The position numbers and the translations under genes are program-made. Shown here in pieces: positions 12,086 through 24,400 of a stretch of 64,000 bases of DNA. Source of the DNA: Lingula anatina (taxonomy: Eukaryota; Animalia; Brachiopoda); contig CM120648.1 of the NCBI GenBank assembly GCA_051362555.1, positions 8,428,587-8,492,586 on the forward strand. Direction: 5' to 3'. Each line of letters opens with the position of its first letter. Position 1 is the first letter of the stretch. The notes beneath the pieces are model-generated. The model worked only from the letters and a program-made list of their open reading frames with translations. It was not told the origin of the DNA and did not search any database.

Positions 12086-12934
12086 AAGTGGTTAGCCTTC
12101 GGGCGGACAGACAGAGAAACAACACAAAATTCAAACAATCACTCAACAAAATATTATCTAACTTGACAAAATAATCCAAAAACACTTGCCGGTCGCCCAA
12201 GTCCATTTCCACCTTTTTCCTTGCTTTGAGGTATGCAATCCAATCCAACTTCCGATAATCTTTTTCCCAAAAAGCTGTTTAATTGACTTCCATACCTCTG
12301 CCGACTGTATAACAACAAGTTCCCCTTTGTTTTTAGCACAATCGGCATTAGCTTCTGACCAGTCTTTCCGGATGTTAGTCTTTTTAGGCCGCACGGATTC
12401 ATAACAGTACGTAGAGGTAGTCGGCGCTTTTGATACTATCAGCGTGTTATTCAGAGTCCTTTTAGGACAGTCCTGTCCATTTACCTCTATTGCGGCACCT
12501 TGAATGAATGAAAAGAGGAAACTACACATGCCAGTGTATTTTCAATGAAAATGATTAAAATGAGCATTTAATTGCGAAACCCAAAATACAGACAAAGCAA
12601 ATTCAGGCATTTCTTTAAAAGGATAAAACTAGAATTACTTTATGTATCATATCAATAACCCAAAAACCAGAACGCAACCAGTCCCTTCTTGTATGATTTT
12701 GCTTTTACATATAATCGATATAATCTGCGTTAACTATGACTACTTTAACTAATGCTTAATCTCTACAAGGTCATTAACTTATTTAATTGTGTCTTTAATA
12801 TTTGTTCTTAATGTGATGAAGAATGTCGGCTTCCCCGATACCTAACAATGACGGTACTCACCCTGCAGCAGAAAACACAGCACAGCCACCACTACCAACA
12901 CAGAGCACCTGCCCCGAAATCTTCGCCAAACCAT
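144..12934 (-). CDS. Type I membrane protein: signal peptide, C-type lectin-like domain, 17 cbEGF domains, Thr/Ser mucin stalk, TM helix, FxNPxY tail (thrombomodulin/CD93-like layout), ~1270 aa
   Basis: Phase-consistent exons (5'->3'): 12862-12934 ([24 protein letters not shown] signal peptide); 12190-12498 and 10364-10519 (CTLD); EGF exons 9601-9723, 9004-9126, 8459-8581, 7895-8017, 7447-7569, 6883-7005, 6346-6468, 5871-5993, 5268-5390, 4937-5062, 4724-4846, 4388-4510, 3916-4038, 3497-3619, 3266-3388, 3049-3171, 2812-2934; 1464-2396 (mucin); 897-981 (TM); 144-306 (tail and TGA). Total 3813 nt, divisible by 3. Confidence 0.88.
326..560. repeat. Degenerate pentanucleotide (ATGGT/ATAGT)n simple repeat
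   Basis: atggt/atggc/atgat 5-mer periodicity in the last intron of the receptor gene. Confidence 0.7.
897..981 (-). CDS. Transmembrane exon
   Basis: [28 protein letters not shown] followed by a basic RRR stop-transfer segment across the next splice junction; ccag/gtaaat splice sites. Confidence 0.85.
1089..1250. mobile_element. Harbinger-type MITE, family B
   Basis: GGCCCCATT...AATGGGGCC termini; core gaatacttccccactgga..ctattagcggattag shared with 43226-43384. Confidence 0.7.
1464..2396 (-). CDS. Thr/Ser/Pro-rich mucin-like stalk exon (311 codons)
   Basis: Open 933-nt exon, cag acceptor at 2397-2399, gtaggc donor; strongly T/S-rich. Confidence 0.85.
2547..2645 (-). pseudogene. Old degenerate EGF pseudo-exon
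   Basis: [12 protein letters not shown] / CSCPRG / [10 protein letters not shown] lie in shifting frames; the D-x-x-E-C start and acceptor are not recognisable. Confidence 0.65.
2812..9723 (-). CDS. Tandem array of 17 intact phase 1-1 calcium-binding EGF exons (123 nt each, one of 126 nt)
   Basis: Each exon reads approximately D[IVN][DN]EC..NGGC.H.C.N..GS[YF].C.C..GY.L..D.K.C and is flanked by AG/GT. Confidence 0.9.
3000..4150. repeat. Short-period (~220-250 bp) exon+intron tandem array of near-identical EGF exons
   Basis: Recurrent aaaatatataccttgacagttttt...cgatatctagaa unit. Confidence 0.85.
3743..3801 (-). pseudogene. Dead EGF pseudo-exon with 64-nt internal deletion
   Basis: DINECSVKN is joined out of frame to [11 protein letters not shown]; 59 nt long with an in-frame TGA. 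Confidence 0.8.
4147..4276 (-). pseudogene. Dead EGF pseudo-exon (+7 nt frameshift, donor degraded to gcacat)
   Basis: 130 nt instead of 123 nt; DVNECRMNN is followed by a frameshift to TAG; sister exons have a gtatat donor. Confidence 0.75.
6779..8830. repeat. Tandem duplication, 1012-bp period, carrying two EGF exons per unit
   Basis: 6883/7895 and 7447/8459 are both offset by 1012; the central intron is nearly identical between copies. Confidence 0.9.
8870..10005. repeat. Tandem duplication, ~597-bp period, one EGF exon per unit
   Basis: Exons 9004-9126 and 9601-9723 and their flanking introns align. Confidence 0.85.
10364..12498 (-). CDS. Two exons encoding the C-type lectin-like domain (12190-12498 and 10364-10519)
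   Basis: CTLD hallmarks: YCY..., [23 protein letters not shown], then NCVWV...W...[10 protein letters not shown]. The exons join in phase 1 through a GC-AG intron. Confidence 0.85.
10612..10654. repeat. (GA)n microsatellite
   Basis: Read directly. Others: (GA)n 12040-12081, (CA)n 20618-20669, (TA)n 21425-21468, (TTTA)n 39166-39229, (AAAT/AAT)n 45204-45268, (TG)n(AG)n 46443-46523. Confidence 0.95.
11191..11448. mobile_element. Harbinger-type MITE, family A (more fully palindromic copy)
   Basis: ggggagtctcactaaattg..ccggcttaaatgt arms in inverted orientation; similar to the 17617 and 40131 copies. Confidence 0.75.
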
Positions 12935-13199
12935 CGGATTGTCATACACTCATTCAGTTACAAAACCAGATAGTAATATACAAATATCTTCTTACTTCCA
13001 CGAAGCCAAATCCCTGAAAAATTCTTGACAAAATGAAATTAGAAGAACATTGCATTAGAAGTGTGAACTTAGCGATTTAACTCCGGTATGAACATCCACT
13101 TCGTTGACGTTGGACGGAAGGTGACGATCTCCAAAACTCAACTCTACTAGCTGTAGAGGCGTAAGGCGTTAAGGCGTATTGGTAAGAACTTGTGCACTA

Positions 13200-13210
13200 G
13201 CCTATATACC
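13200..13210 (-). promoter_or_regulatory. Candidate TATA box for the lectin/EGF receptor gene
   Basis: GGTATATAGG on the minus strand about 270 bp upstream of the ATG at 12934; motif only. Confidence 0.3.
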
Positions 13211-14017
13211 GAATGTGTCCTTTTTGCAGACTTGTGAACAAGATCATATTTACCTTTAGAGATGTACGCGGCCATAAGATATCCCTTCTTACATAGAATT
13301 AAGATAAGTTCGGTTAATTTTTAACTCTATATGATAACAAGTTGCCTCTTGATAGTCACTATTAAATATGTAAAGGTATTGTCGGATGATAAATTGTCTA
13401 CTTGGAAAGATGGCTCAAGGGTTGATTATTAATAAGTAAGAATTCCTCTTCAATTCAAGTTATGGTGTTAATTGAGTAGCGACCAATTTCCTTATCTTGC
13501 GACAATAACGGTAGACAATGATAATATATAGGTTTGCACGTATCCCTGCACCTTTGTTACAGATGTCGGGGGTTGTGATATATTTGACTTAAACTTTTTT
13601 CTGTTTGTCTGTCTGACTGGCTCTCTGTTCACCCGTCCAACCATCTTGTACGTGTACTAGCATCGCAGTATCTACCTGCAGTCTCAGTCCAATGTGAGAG
13701 GAATGGTACGTAGTCCGCTAGGAACCGAAGTCCGTTCCCCATTACATTTTTACAGGTGAGATTAGTCCCATATACTAACCCCATTTCTCCGACTAATCTT
13801 AATCTGTACTAATGATATTATATCGGACCCAGGACCTCCATTCTCAATCGTCATGACACAGGAAGAACAAAATACGTTTGTTGCACTGGTACATGTGTAT
13901 TTGATGTGTTAGTGACTTAATTTTCTTTTTTTGTGGATAATGATTATTAATCATTGAACCAATATGGAATTATGACAAAACAAGCTTGAAAAAATGTCAA
14001 GTCAAACAAGAAATAAT

Positions 14018-14023
14018 TTTATT
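14018..14023 (-). terminator. Candidate poly(A) signal of anoctamin (implies a ~2.5-kb 3' UTR)
   Basis: AATAAA on the minus strand followed by a U/GU-rich tract. Confidence 0.4.
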
Positions 14024-15644
14024 GAACCTGCTGACATATGATCTCAGAAAAAATGTACATTTAGCATAAATGGATATTTTCTTTCAAATAAGAAAACAAT
14101 CTTTGTGGTACAACTGAAATGTATACCACTTCTGAAAGTTAAAGTAAATTTCAAGATAATAGAACATCAGAGAACATCACATGATTTAATCAAAACTACG
14201 AAAGTATTTTTCGTTTTGGTTAAAGAATAGGCAAAACTCTATAATCTACTGGCCTAAGACATGCGTCTTGTAAGAAACAAATACTGTATTATCATTAATG
14301 CATCAATAGCAAATAATTGGTCTACAAAAACTATTCAAATGTGTAAGTCAGTTTAACCCTCGTAAAATTTGCCATCAAATAAATAAATAAATAAATAAAT
14401 ACTAAGGAATAAATGAAAAATATAATGAAATAAAAATAAATATAAAAAATAAATATAATTATAATACACAGATAATTAAGAAAATGCCAAGATGAAATGC
14501 ATTAATAATGAAAAAAAACTGAAAAAAAAATTAATGCAACTTAATAGTTGTGGCAACCGAGGTATTTTTACAAGTATCATGATAGTCTTACTGTGCCAAT
14601 ACAATTATATACCCCGACTCCTTTTAGCCATAGAAAGGATCTCAACTGAAATATTCTCACACAAAGAAACATGGAAAGGGCATTCATCATATTTTAAGCT
14701 CTGAATATAATGTCTCTGTTAAAATCTAAATTTAATAAATGAATAGTAAAAAGTACTATGTTTTTATACCTTAATATATTAAATTGCACATTCATTTCAG
14801 AATTAAAATGTAAAAAACATAACAAAACACAATTTCACCCATAACTACATCTTTTAGAAAGGTGTGGCAACCTCCTCCAGCTTGAGGGGGATTTTTTTAG
14901 GAGGGGGGGACTCTATTCCCTTCAGGGTAGTTAAACTTTTCAGTCATTTTAGTCTGGTCTTATTTCAAGCCCAGCATAATCCAATCTCTGCCACCTAAAC
15001 AAGGTAATAAAAGAGTTTATAATTATCCTTACATATAAAATACCACCATTCACTACAGCAACCTCAGCATTCTTACAGCTGAAGTTTTCTTTCAGCCCCC
15101 TGACTAAGTAATAAAATATTTTTTGAAAAATGTGTACCTAAATTTGACAATCATTATATGAAATAAATGGCAATTTTTTACATCTAATGTTCTTAGATCA
15201 AGACTGTTATATATTTACCACCACTATAGGCCAATCAGACAGTGTAAGAACAAAGCTTTACCCTTTACCAAGATCCTAGTCTTTGCGGCAGCTGAAAAGT
15301 TTTACAAACAAATGTATTTCTTCAATGCTGCTACAATAAATAAGCATATTAAAAGACGGCAAGCTTAAGCTCAAAGCCTAACAGAACCTTTGGCAGAAAT
15401 GGAGTCAATTTGCTAGATGTTAGAAGATGACAAATTATTAACCTACAGTCTTGCTTGGCTGCAGCACAAGACAAAATGCAGTAAGTTCTTTTAAAAACAA
15501 ACTTCAGCTCAGGGAAAACAGCGGGTTTTTTTTCTTCTATTAACATGTACAGTTTTTCACAAAAATCTATAAGCACAAAATGAATGTGTTTGTTAACACA
15601 TGTTGGCAAGTTGTTAAAACTACGGACTGCACATTGCCGAGTGT

Positions 15645-15826
15645 GACATCAATGTCCTAGCAGGATGTCACTGTCCCACTGTGATGGCACTGTCTAAATA
15701 TGACACCATTGTCAAAGTGTGATGTCACTGTCTAAGCATGACACCACAGCTGAAGTATGATGTCACTGTCTAAGCATGACATCATTATCATAGTGTGATG
15801 TCACTATCCTTGTATGATGTCACAGT
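15645..15826. repeat. 19-bp minisatellite (atgtcactgtctaagcatg-like), about 9 units
   Basis: gatgtcactgtc / gacaccattgtc recur at 19-nt spacing. Confidence 0.75.
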
Positions 15827-16166
15827 TTCATGTTGATTGCACTTGCCCCCATATAATTTGACTCCAGTGTGACTGCTGCAGAATGTTCCAGCATTGATTT
15901 GAGCACGACTCCAGACGACATGAAGAAAGAGTGAAGAATTCCATATTAAGATCTGTCAGCCTCTCATTTGCAATCATGAAAGTTTCTTTAACCAGCATCT
16001 GAGATGAGTGTAATTGTTCTGAAAATTTCGGAGGCCTTTCTATTTGCTTCATTTGGGTAACAACCTGTATCTTTAATGTTTGAAGATAGTGTCTTGAAAG
16101 ACACCGAAATATCAACGTAAAGTGACTCTAGTCCTAGATTTTGACTGAAGAATCCTGCTATCACAC

Positions 16167-16330
16167 AGGTGGATCCAGCATTTTGCTATGGGGAAAAGGG
16201 GGACAGAGGGGAAAATTCTGTGTTATGCCATTTTCCAGGGAGGGAGGAGGGACCTCTGAAGCTGAGAGAGAGAGAGGAGGGGGGGGGGGGGGGGGGAGCG
16301 TACCCTTGTGAGCCCTCCCTGGGTCCACTG
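16167..16330. mobile_element. G-rich MITE remnant (GTGGATCCAG...CTGGGTCCAC) in the putative anoctamin 3' UTR
   Basis: Short TIRs enclosing G-runs. Confidence 0.45.
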
Positions 16331-16529
16331 TATCATGCATGCAGTCAACTGTTTGAGATGACAAATATCTCCACAGAGACCACAATATAGTCAAGTAAGA
16401 ACACAAATTAAATGGCCTCGGCTGTTCCAATCCCGGAAGCAACAGAAAATCCTCTACAAAATCCATTGAACTGTGAGATTCTGGTTCTTCTCCATATTGT
16501 TAAATCAAATTTTATATTTTTCAGTAATG

Positions 16530-19500
16530 CTATACTGGGTCTTGAGGGACCTGCAACGTGTCCTGGCCATTTTTATCCTCAGGTTCCTCTTCGTCTCGTC
16601 TTGCAAGCTGTAAATACACAGGTAATATAAATAAGTGAATAAGACTTGAGATTATTTACAAAACAGTAAAAATAATGGGGAAAGTCAAAAATAATGCAAA
16701 AATTACACAAAATGTGTGCAAAGGAGGATCAATTTGGCAGTACCTTGAAGCAGTAAGAGATTAAAGAATCCAAGAGCACAAACAGTTGAAATACATCCAA
16801 AATAAATCTGAATTGTTAGCACAATCAATTATTTCTGAATCAAAGTCCCAATGGACACAAACTTTAGGATATATACTCTAAATCAATTATAAAACAACCT
16901 ACCACCATGATAGCATCAGTATCAGCGAGGGCCTGCTTGGCTAAGTAGCGTTCACGTTTGATTTTTAGCTCTAAGACTTCAGGAACATCAGGTACTAGAA
17001 CGTCTATAAGACGGCAGATGCCGAATACAACATGCTGAAAAATAGAGGAAAATTACTGTGTTAAGGTTTTTACTTTTCAATTATACACACTGTGCGAAAA
17101 TATAAATGCCTCATGTGAATTTTAATTAAAATTATGTAACATGTAATGTTGAGATAAGTTTACAGACTAAGTGAATATTGTTGTAATGTAATTCTCAAGC
17201 AATGTAACAAAGTTTAACTTTAAATTAAGTTAAATTTGGCTACCTTGAAGGACTGCAAACCATCCTAAGAACCCATTATCAACATACAATTGCAGAAGAT
17301 ATGGCATATATGTTGTAATTCGAACAGAATTGCATGCATGCAGCACTCACCTCAAATACTATGACAAAGGCTAATCGTATAGCTATTAGGTGCCAGAAAA
17401 ACATGGTATATTTGCCATCTTTATCACGGAAATCTCTATACCTAAAATTAAAATGACAAAATATGCATTTTCGTTCAGTTGAACTGCAAAGCACATTTTT
17501 TTTTTGTAATAAACTTCAAATGTTGACAACAGTTAATTTTTTTAAATCTCTCACTGTTAAAAACTACTTTTGCTATAGGAACTATCACTAACTACTACTA
17601 ATGTAACAGTTACTATGACTGCATTCCCACAGATTTTAGATCAATCTATCCCCCTGGGGAGTCTCACTAGATTACTGTCAGCTTAGCCGGCTTAAATGTC
17701 TGTCCTCCCTACTTAAAGCTGTAAGGGGGTAATTAACTTCCGTGCACGCTCGGCTGACAGCAATTTAGCATGAACCCCCAGGGAGTTAGGTTGATCCAGA
17801 TGGATCCATCTAAATCTGTGGGAATGCAGTCTATGACTACTTCTGCAATAACAACTACTAATACTACTACTGCTACTGCTACTGCTACTACATACCTGCA
17901 CTCATGTCTCATGGTTCCATTAGGAGAGAATGCCAGTGTGAAGTTAGTATATCCTGTAAGGTCCCAGTTATACTGGTATTTATATAGTAGTCTGGGGAGG
18001 AACTCCGACGTGAAAGCTATGAGGAAAGCCTGAAGTGACAAAAGTATATACATCCCTTATTAATTCTTATTTTGAATTCTGTGTAGTTTGAAATAACTCT
18101 GCCCAAAAGATACTTGCCACAGCACAACTACGATATAAAATTACATAACTGATAATATTTGAGAAAATCAAGACTCACATTACTTATTACAGCCAACTGT
18201 GCTAGACCATCCAAGATGGAGAACCAGACACCTATATCTTGTGCCCTCTCCGCTACAGGGCGCCTCGTTTCTGTCACAAACTTCTGGGCATCTAGACGTA
18301 TCTCTATCCAGTTGTTCATTAGAGCGAAAAGTGGAGCGAGAGGGAATGCCGCCACAAATATGGTGATGAAACCAAACTGCAGCACTGAAAATGAAAAACA
18401 TACCTCATAAATAATAAATGTGTGTGTGTGTGTGTGTACTTTTATATGTACAATGGAATTGAAAACTTGATAAAGTAAATACAACCATTACCATTTACAG
18501 TGCATGGAAATTAATGGGTTCAATTACTTGTAGCTAAAACATAATTCTAACCAAATCAAAAATTTGAACCATTTAATGGCAAATTGGACAAAAAAAGAAT
18601 ACTGTGCTAAACATGCTGATATGTTGTCCAAAATGACTCAACAAATTGAGCTCATTTTACTACACTATAGGACCATATCTTATTTAATATCAACCCACCC
18701 ATTTCTAAGTATTCCTGGAAGAGTCCTTCATTTTCTATGAGTTCGTAATCTTCCTCCCATCTCGCCTTCTCGACATTCTTTCCAGAGCCCAGTTTTCTTT
18801 GGTGCAGCCATGCTTTCAGTTTTCTAGAAATAAAAGAATGGAAACAGTAATTTACTGTTATCAATGGTGATGCAGACTTTCAAATGACTTTCATTTCAGT
18901 TCAGCAATGTAAATGGCAAAACCCACCTCTCTCCCTCTATTGTAACTGGAGATTTTGAATATTGCCTATATTCATACACAGTGGCAGAATCAAGTACATA
19001 TTCCATGATTGCGCAATAACTGTTTGAAAAAATGGGGACAGCACAAGTGCCCCAGCAAATGAGATGAAATAATGATAAATTCAATTTAAAAAATCCTCTT
19101 ATTTAAACAGAAATAACACATAAGATATGTGCTGTGAGTGTATGAGTATGGTGGTAGTGGGGTGGGGTGGGGTGGGATGGGGGCAATATCTAATATGAGA
19201 GACACAAAAACGTGATTTCTTTAAGACAATTGTGAGCATTTATACAGGACACATAAGCATCATGAACCCCATACACTCACCATAAGTCATTTTACAGCAG
19301 TGTTACTGTAAGCTAGAACAATAAATTTTATTATCCAACACCACACTCGACTACTTACGGTACTAATATTTCCTGGGCATTATTGATCACTTGTTTGCCT
19401 ATCATTATAACACCAAGCTGCTGGGCCAGCTCTACAAGACACCCAGCTTGATTGCACTATAATATAATATAATATAATATAATATAATATAATATAATAT

Positions 19501-20615
19501 AATATAATATAATATAATATAATATAATATAATATAATAAACCCATGGTACATATTAAAAGGCTTCTAGGCAATAAATTAATTTCACCAAAATATAAAAC
19601 ACATCATGTACATGGTTAATTTGGTCATTCAAATTAAATCTAAATCTAAGTATAAGGAGGATACTCATTATGAAAAAATCTATTTCTGCCAAACTTAGCT
19701 CCTAGTGCTATATGTGCTTCTTACCTCTTCATTGCGAAGCCCGAAAAGTGTATTATAGTGGCCCGGATATCCCACAAATCTGGAAATGAAACACATATTA
19801 TATTAAATTTAAAAAAACATTCTTCATATTACATTTTTTTTGTATTTTAAAAGTTTTTAGTTTTTTCCTTTTAAGATAATAACCCAAGCATATTCAGTAT
19901 TGAGTAGCAACTTCAAGTTAATGGAAAAGTACATCTCTCTTTGAAAAATTTAAGAAAAGGCAACAATGCAGCTTTTTTGCTATATAGCATAATAAATCAA
20001 AACATCATTAAATTGCACTTGATTCCTTCTGCCCTCTATAGTACCAGTTTTATTAAAATAGCAATGGCAAACACAATTTATACATTCTGAATCATCGACA
20101 TTCAGGCAGTTAAGTCTCCTATATTTTTTGCCAAATTTAAGTGACATTCTACAATTTTCCTGTAAAGGATTGACCAGCTAATCAAAAGGAGTCATTGGTA
20201 TATGGACTTAACTTAACAGAAATGTCATCTGACATGAATATCTTTTCTCACCTTCCTTTAAAAAATCCAATGTAAAAAATTGATGAGTAGAAGTTCACAA
20301 ATTGGAAAATGAAAACCTTGAATGTCAACTGGTCTTCAAACTCAGTCTGTGTCCGATGCATTTCTAGAAATAAAATAAAACATATAAATTGATAACAATA
20401 ATTAAAATTTATCATTATCATCATACTCATTATCCTTACATCTCGTATGTCTGGAGAGTTCTTTAAAGAAACTTAAATGTTTTATTAAAATACAAAGTGA
20501 AAAGAGTGAAGTGAATTCTTGACAAAATACATAATTATCGTCATGAAGAATTATTGGGCCTATTATTGATGCCTAAATTTCTAGTCTCAAATTGGTAAAT
20601 ATTTTTCAATGTGTC

Positions 20616-20673
<58 letters not shown>

Positions 20674-21420
20674 AAATAAATAAATTAATTTAAAAAAAAC
20701 TGTGGCCTATTGAGCCCAAATTATGCTGGCCAAACAAAACTGAAAAAATTTACAGAATTTTTCATGGCCAACCTTCAATTTTACTGGCAGTTTTCATATT
20801 AAAGCTACAAACTAATATCAGGAGATTATTTCTACATCTTACCCCATTGTGTCAGTTTATAAGCCAGTTTCTCATAGACCTTACTGAGCACCATGATAAG
20901 GATTAAGTTGACCACAGCTGAGGTCATACTGGCTATCATCTCAGCTCGTGGCCGAAATGCCTTACTTTGGAATAAAGGAATGCTGACCAGTACCCGGTAC
21001 ATGATGACTGCTATGATGAATATCAACACTAGTACTATCTGTAAGTTAATAATAATAATAATGATAATGATAATAATAACAAGTACTCATTTCATGGTAC
21101 ATTTCATTATAAAAATCTAAAACTAACCAAAGTATTGACAATAATCAATAAAAGGATGCTGACAACAGATCAATCAGTTATTATAATATTACAATGTGCT
21201 GTTTCTAAATATTTATTTTTCCAAATAGGGTAAAATTGGGCTATTAATGCAAATTAGTGTCTGCATTTAATGACTGAAACATTAAACCTATCTAAAAAAA
21301 AAAACATTTTCCACCTGTTCATTTAAGAAAAATGACTTAATAGTTACAGACAGAATGCCACCACACACTTCAAATTAACCATTTCTGTCTACAGGATGAG
21401 GTAGAAATACATCAATATTT

Positions 21421-21473
<53 letters not shown>

Positions 21474-24400
21474 ACTGCATATGATTTACAAAACAGTTTC
21501 TTTCTTATGCGCAGTTATATTCTTTAATTGAATTTCAAAACCTTAACTAACTTTATTGTAACCAACTGAGGGTAACTTTTAACAGACTGAGCTACTCTAG
21601 ACTTCCTAGAAAACCCCACATAAAATGACATTAAGTTAACAAATACCATAATGATTATTGCAGCTGCTCCAGAAATAATTCTCGGTAATCTGTCCCTCTC
21701 GGGGAAATAGGGCTCTTTGATTCCAGTGATGGGATTTTTCTCATATGTAGGACACAGTACGGTGTACTGAGGCCGGGGGCGCTCTTCTTCCTCCTCGAAC
21801 TCAAGACAGTCCCAATGATGTGCCAGACTGGCATTTTTACGTTTCCAATATTCCAGAAATGTCACAGCTGGGTAAAAAAATCATGAAACACTTTCAAAAT
21901 GCACCAAAGAATATCCAGCTAGCACATTTCTGGCAATTCAGGTGATAGGTTTCACTGTCTTAAGTTTTATGTTTTTGGTATTCTAGGTATATGTTGTAAG
22001 TAACAATGAGATATTGATGAATTGTCATATGGTTTTAGTTGAAATAAGTGTTAATTTAATTTAGATAATTATATTTAATCACCTATAACTGTATCTTTTA
22101 CACTGAAAAAAAATTAGTGCCTGATACAAGTTTTCAATCTGTCAAAATAAGGCAGTTTCTGTACAAAAAACTATACCACTCCATGTGAAATGGGGCCTGT
22201 GTTTATAATCAAGATACCTACCCCAGAAAGACATGAAGACAGCATAAAACACGGTCCCAGGATGGTCAAAGAGATAGCCTATCTTGGTGTAGAGACAGAC
22301 GTCTGACAGGTTCCAGTACTGACATCCTATGTGCTCGTCACAGCGAGGACACATCATAAAGTCGTTGCTTGGGTCACACAACTCATTACTGAAAATGAAT
22401 AACAATGACCTATTTAATTAGTCAGGTATGTTGTACTTTGTTTTTTACTTTATTTAAATATGCTATTAATGCAGCCTTAAAATCTGAACATTTTATTGAA
22501 AAAATTTAACCTAATGAACGAACATGCATATCATGCAGTGCATCTTACATATTTTTAGCACTTATCTAACACACTGTTATGCTGAGCATTTTAATTTTAA
22601 TCAATAACTTTAACCTTAGGGTGGGTGAGGTGGGGTGGGTTGTGGGTGGGGGGGGGGGTTGATAGTACTTCTCAGGCAACTATGACAACTGTGAGTCATT
22701 CCCTGATTACAGTGTCTTAATCAAACCTACCATTGGAGCAGTAATAACTCACAGCATGGTTTTTACTGTTTTTGGAAGAAATCATTTCTGTCATTTTGAA
22801 TGCAATACACAGCTGAATAAATACCGCGCTGGACAAAACTAAATGTATACTTACGCAGGTGTGTTTGCTCCCATTGAAAACAGGCCATACATGAAAACAA
22901 GTAATCCAACTATGGAAGATGGCAGTAGCCAGGCTGTGTAAAAACCTGTTATAATATTATAATACAATTCAGTCAATCATACAGTTCCATTAAACATCAG
23001 AAATACAGTGTGTCAGTTTTCTTGGAGATGCATATAGAATAGCTGAATAATTAGCTTGTATTGGCATGGAAATACCCCATCAAATATCTTAAATTAGTAC
23101 TTCATACAAGTTTTAAACTTAAAGTTATGAAAGTTTGACTTGCTCTCAGAATTATTGTATAGCCTAGTGTGAAAATATTGAAAACTTTCATAAAAGATGT
23201 GTAAGCCTATGCGGACTTAATTGCATAATACTATTTAGAGTAAAATCATTCATGTAATTTCAACAGTCATTTATAAAAAATAATAAATATTTAAAGTAAA
23301 TGACAAAATAACATTATAAGTACATGATACTTGGTCATAAATAGCCACAGCATATTCAATAAAAGTTACTAGTTACAACATTTTTTGGAATCATTCATTA
23401 TGGAGAAACTGATGATCTTAAAATATTCCCTGACACACACACACACAAGTACAACAAAATCAGTTGTCTCAAAGAATCAAACTGTTCAATCTTACCCAAC
23501 CAAGCAAAGTAAATGCCAATTTTTTCTCCGAAGTAATCTCGTATATGGTCCAGTGGCTGATATTTATACCACTTGCCCCACCTCGCCCAGTATTCTTGCA
23601 GTATTTGACGAGGATTTAGACACTCGACTGATACGTAATGCTTGGGTTTTTCATATGGTCCCTACAAATCAAAATAATATGTGGCATCATAAATTCAATC
23701 TGTCGATATATACATGTATATCAGTCATAATATGCAATAATTGGCAGTTCTGAGCTTTTCCGTTACCAAAAACTGGCATGAATGGTGAATATTTCACCAA
23801 ATTTGTGAGATGCATAGTTTTTCAGGAATGAGGTCTTATTTAAAAACTCACATCATGCAATGGGAATGCTGCCTCATAGACTCCCTCTTCCAGTAGGCGT
23901 TCTATGCCAATTTCAGCTCTCTTTCTCTTTCCATACGCTGACGTCGAGAGAATTTCCCAGACCACGCGACTCCTTTGTGTTGATGAGAAATAAGTGTCAT
24001 GATTCTCATTGCCCAGGAACCTAAACGACACAAAATTATGAAAGTATAGAAGCTACATAGAAGCAGTGCCAAATTATCCTTTAAGCTAATTAAATTATGC
24101 AATGTGTGAGGAACCATTATTGTTGCATGAGGAAAACAAGATTACTTATAGTTCTCTTCAGGCTTTTATACTTTAAAATATCATTACTGAAATGTGATAA
24201 ATTGCTTTATTAATAATTAACTGCCATATAATGAAATTTTTGTTTGTCAGACTCTCTCTCTCTCTCCTGATTTAACAAAATATTTTTATATATGCATATA
24301 CATACAAGCATGTAGATATCTGTTGTATGCAAAGTATCCAGAGAGCATACAACAAAACCTTAAACCATAAACTCTCTCCCACATTAAACAGGCCAATAAT

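Noticed and set aside
13530-13650. Helentron/HINE-like remnant (also 30595-30790)
   Set aside because: Only vague hairpin and (GTCT)/(GGAT) tracts; termini cannot be defined.
15828-16630. ORFs of 70-100 aa downstream of or overlapping the anoctamin stop
   Set aside because: No recognisable motifs; they lie in the putative 3' UTR, a G-rich MITE or antisense to the last exon.
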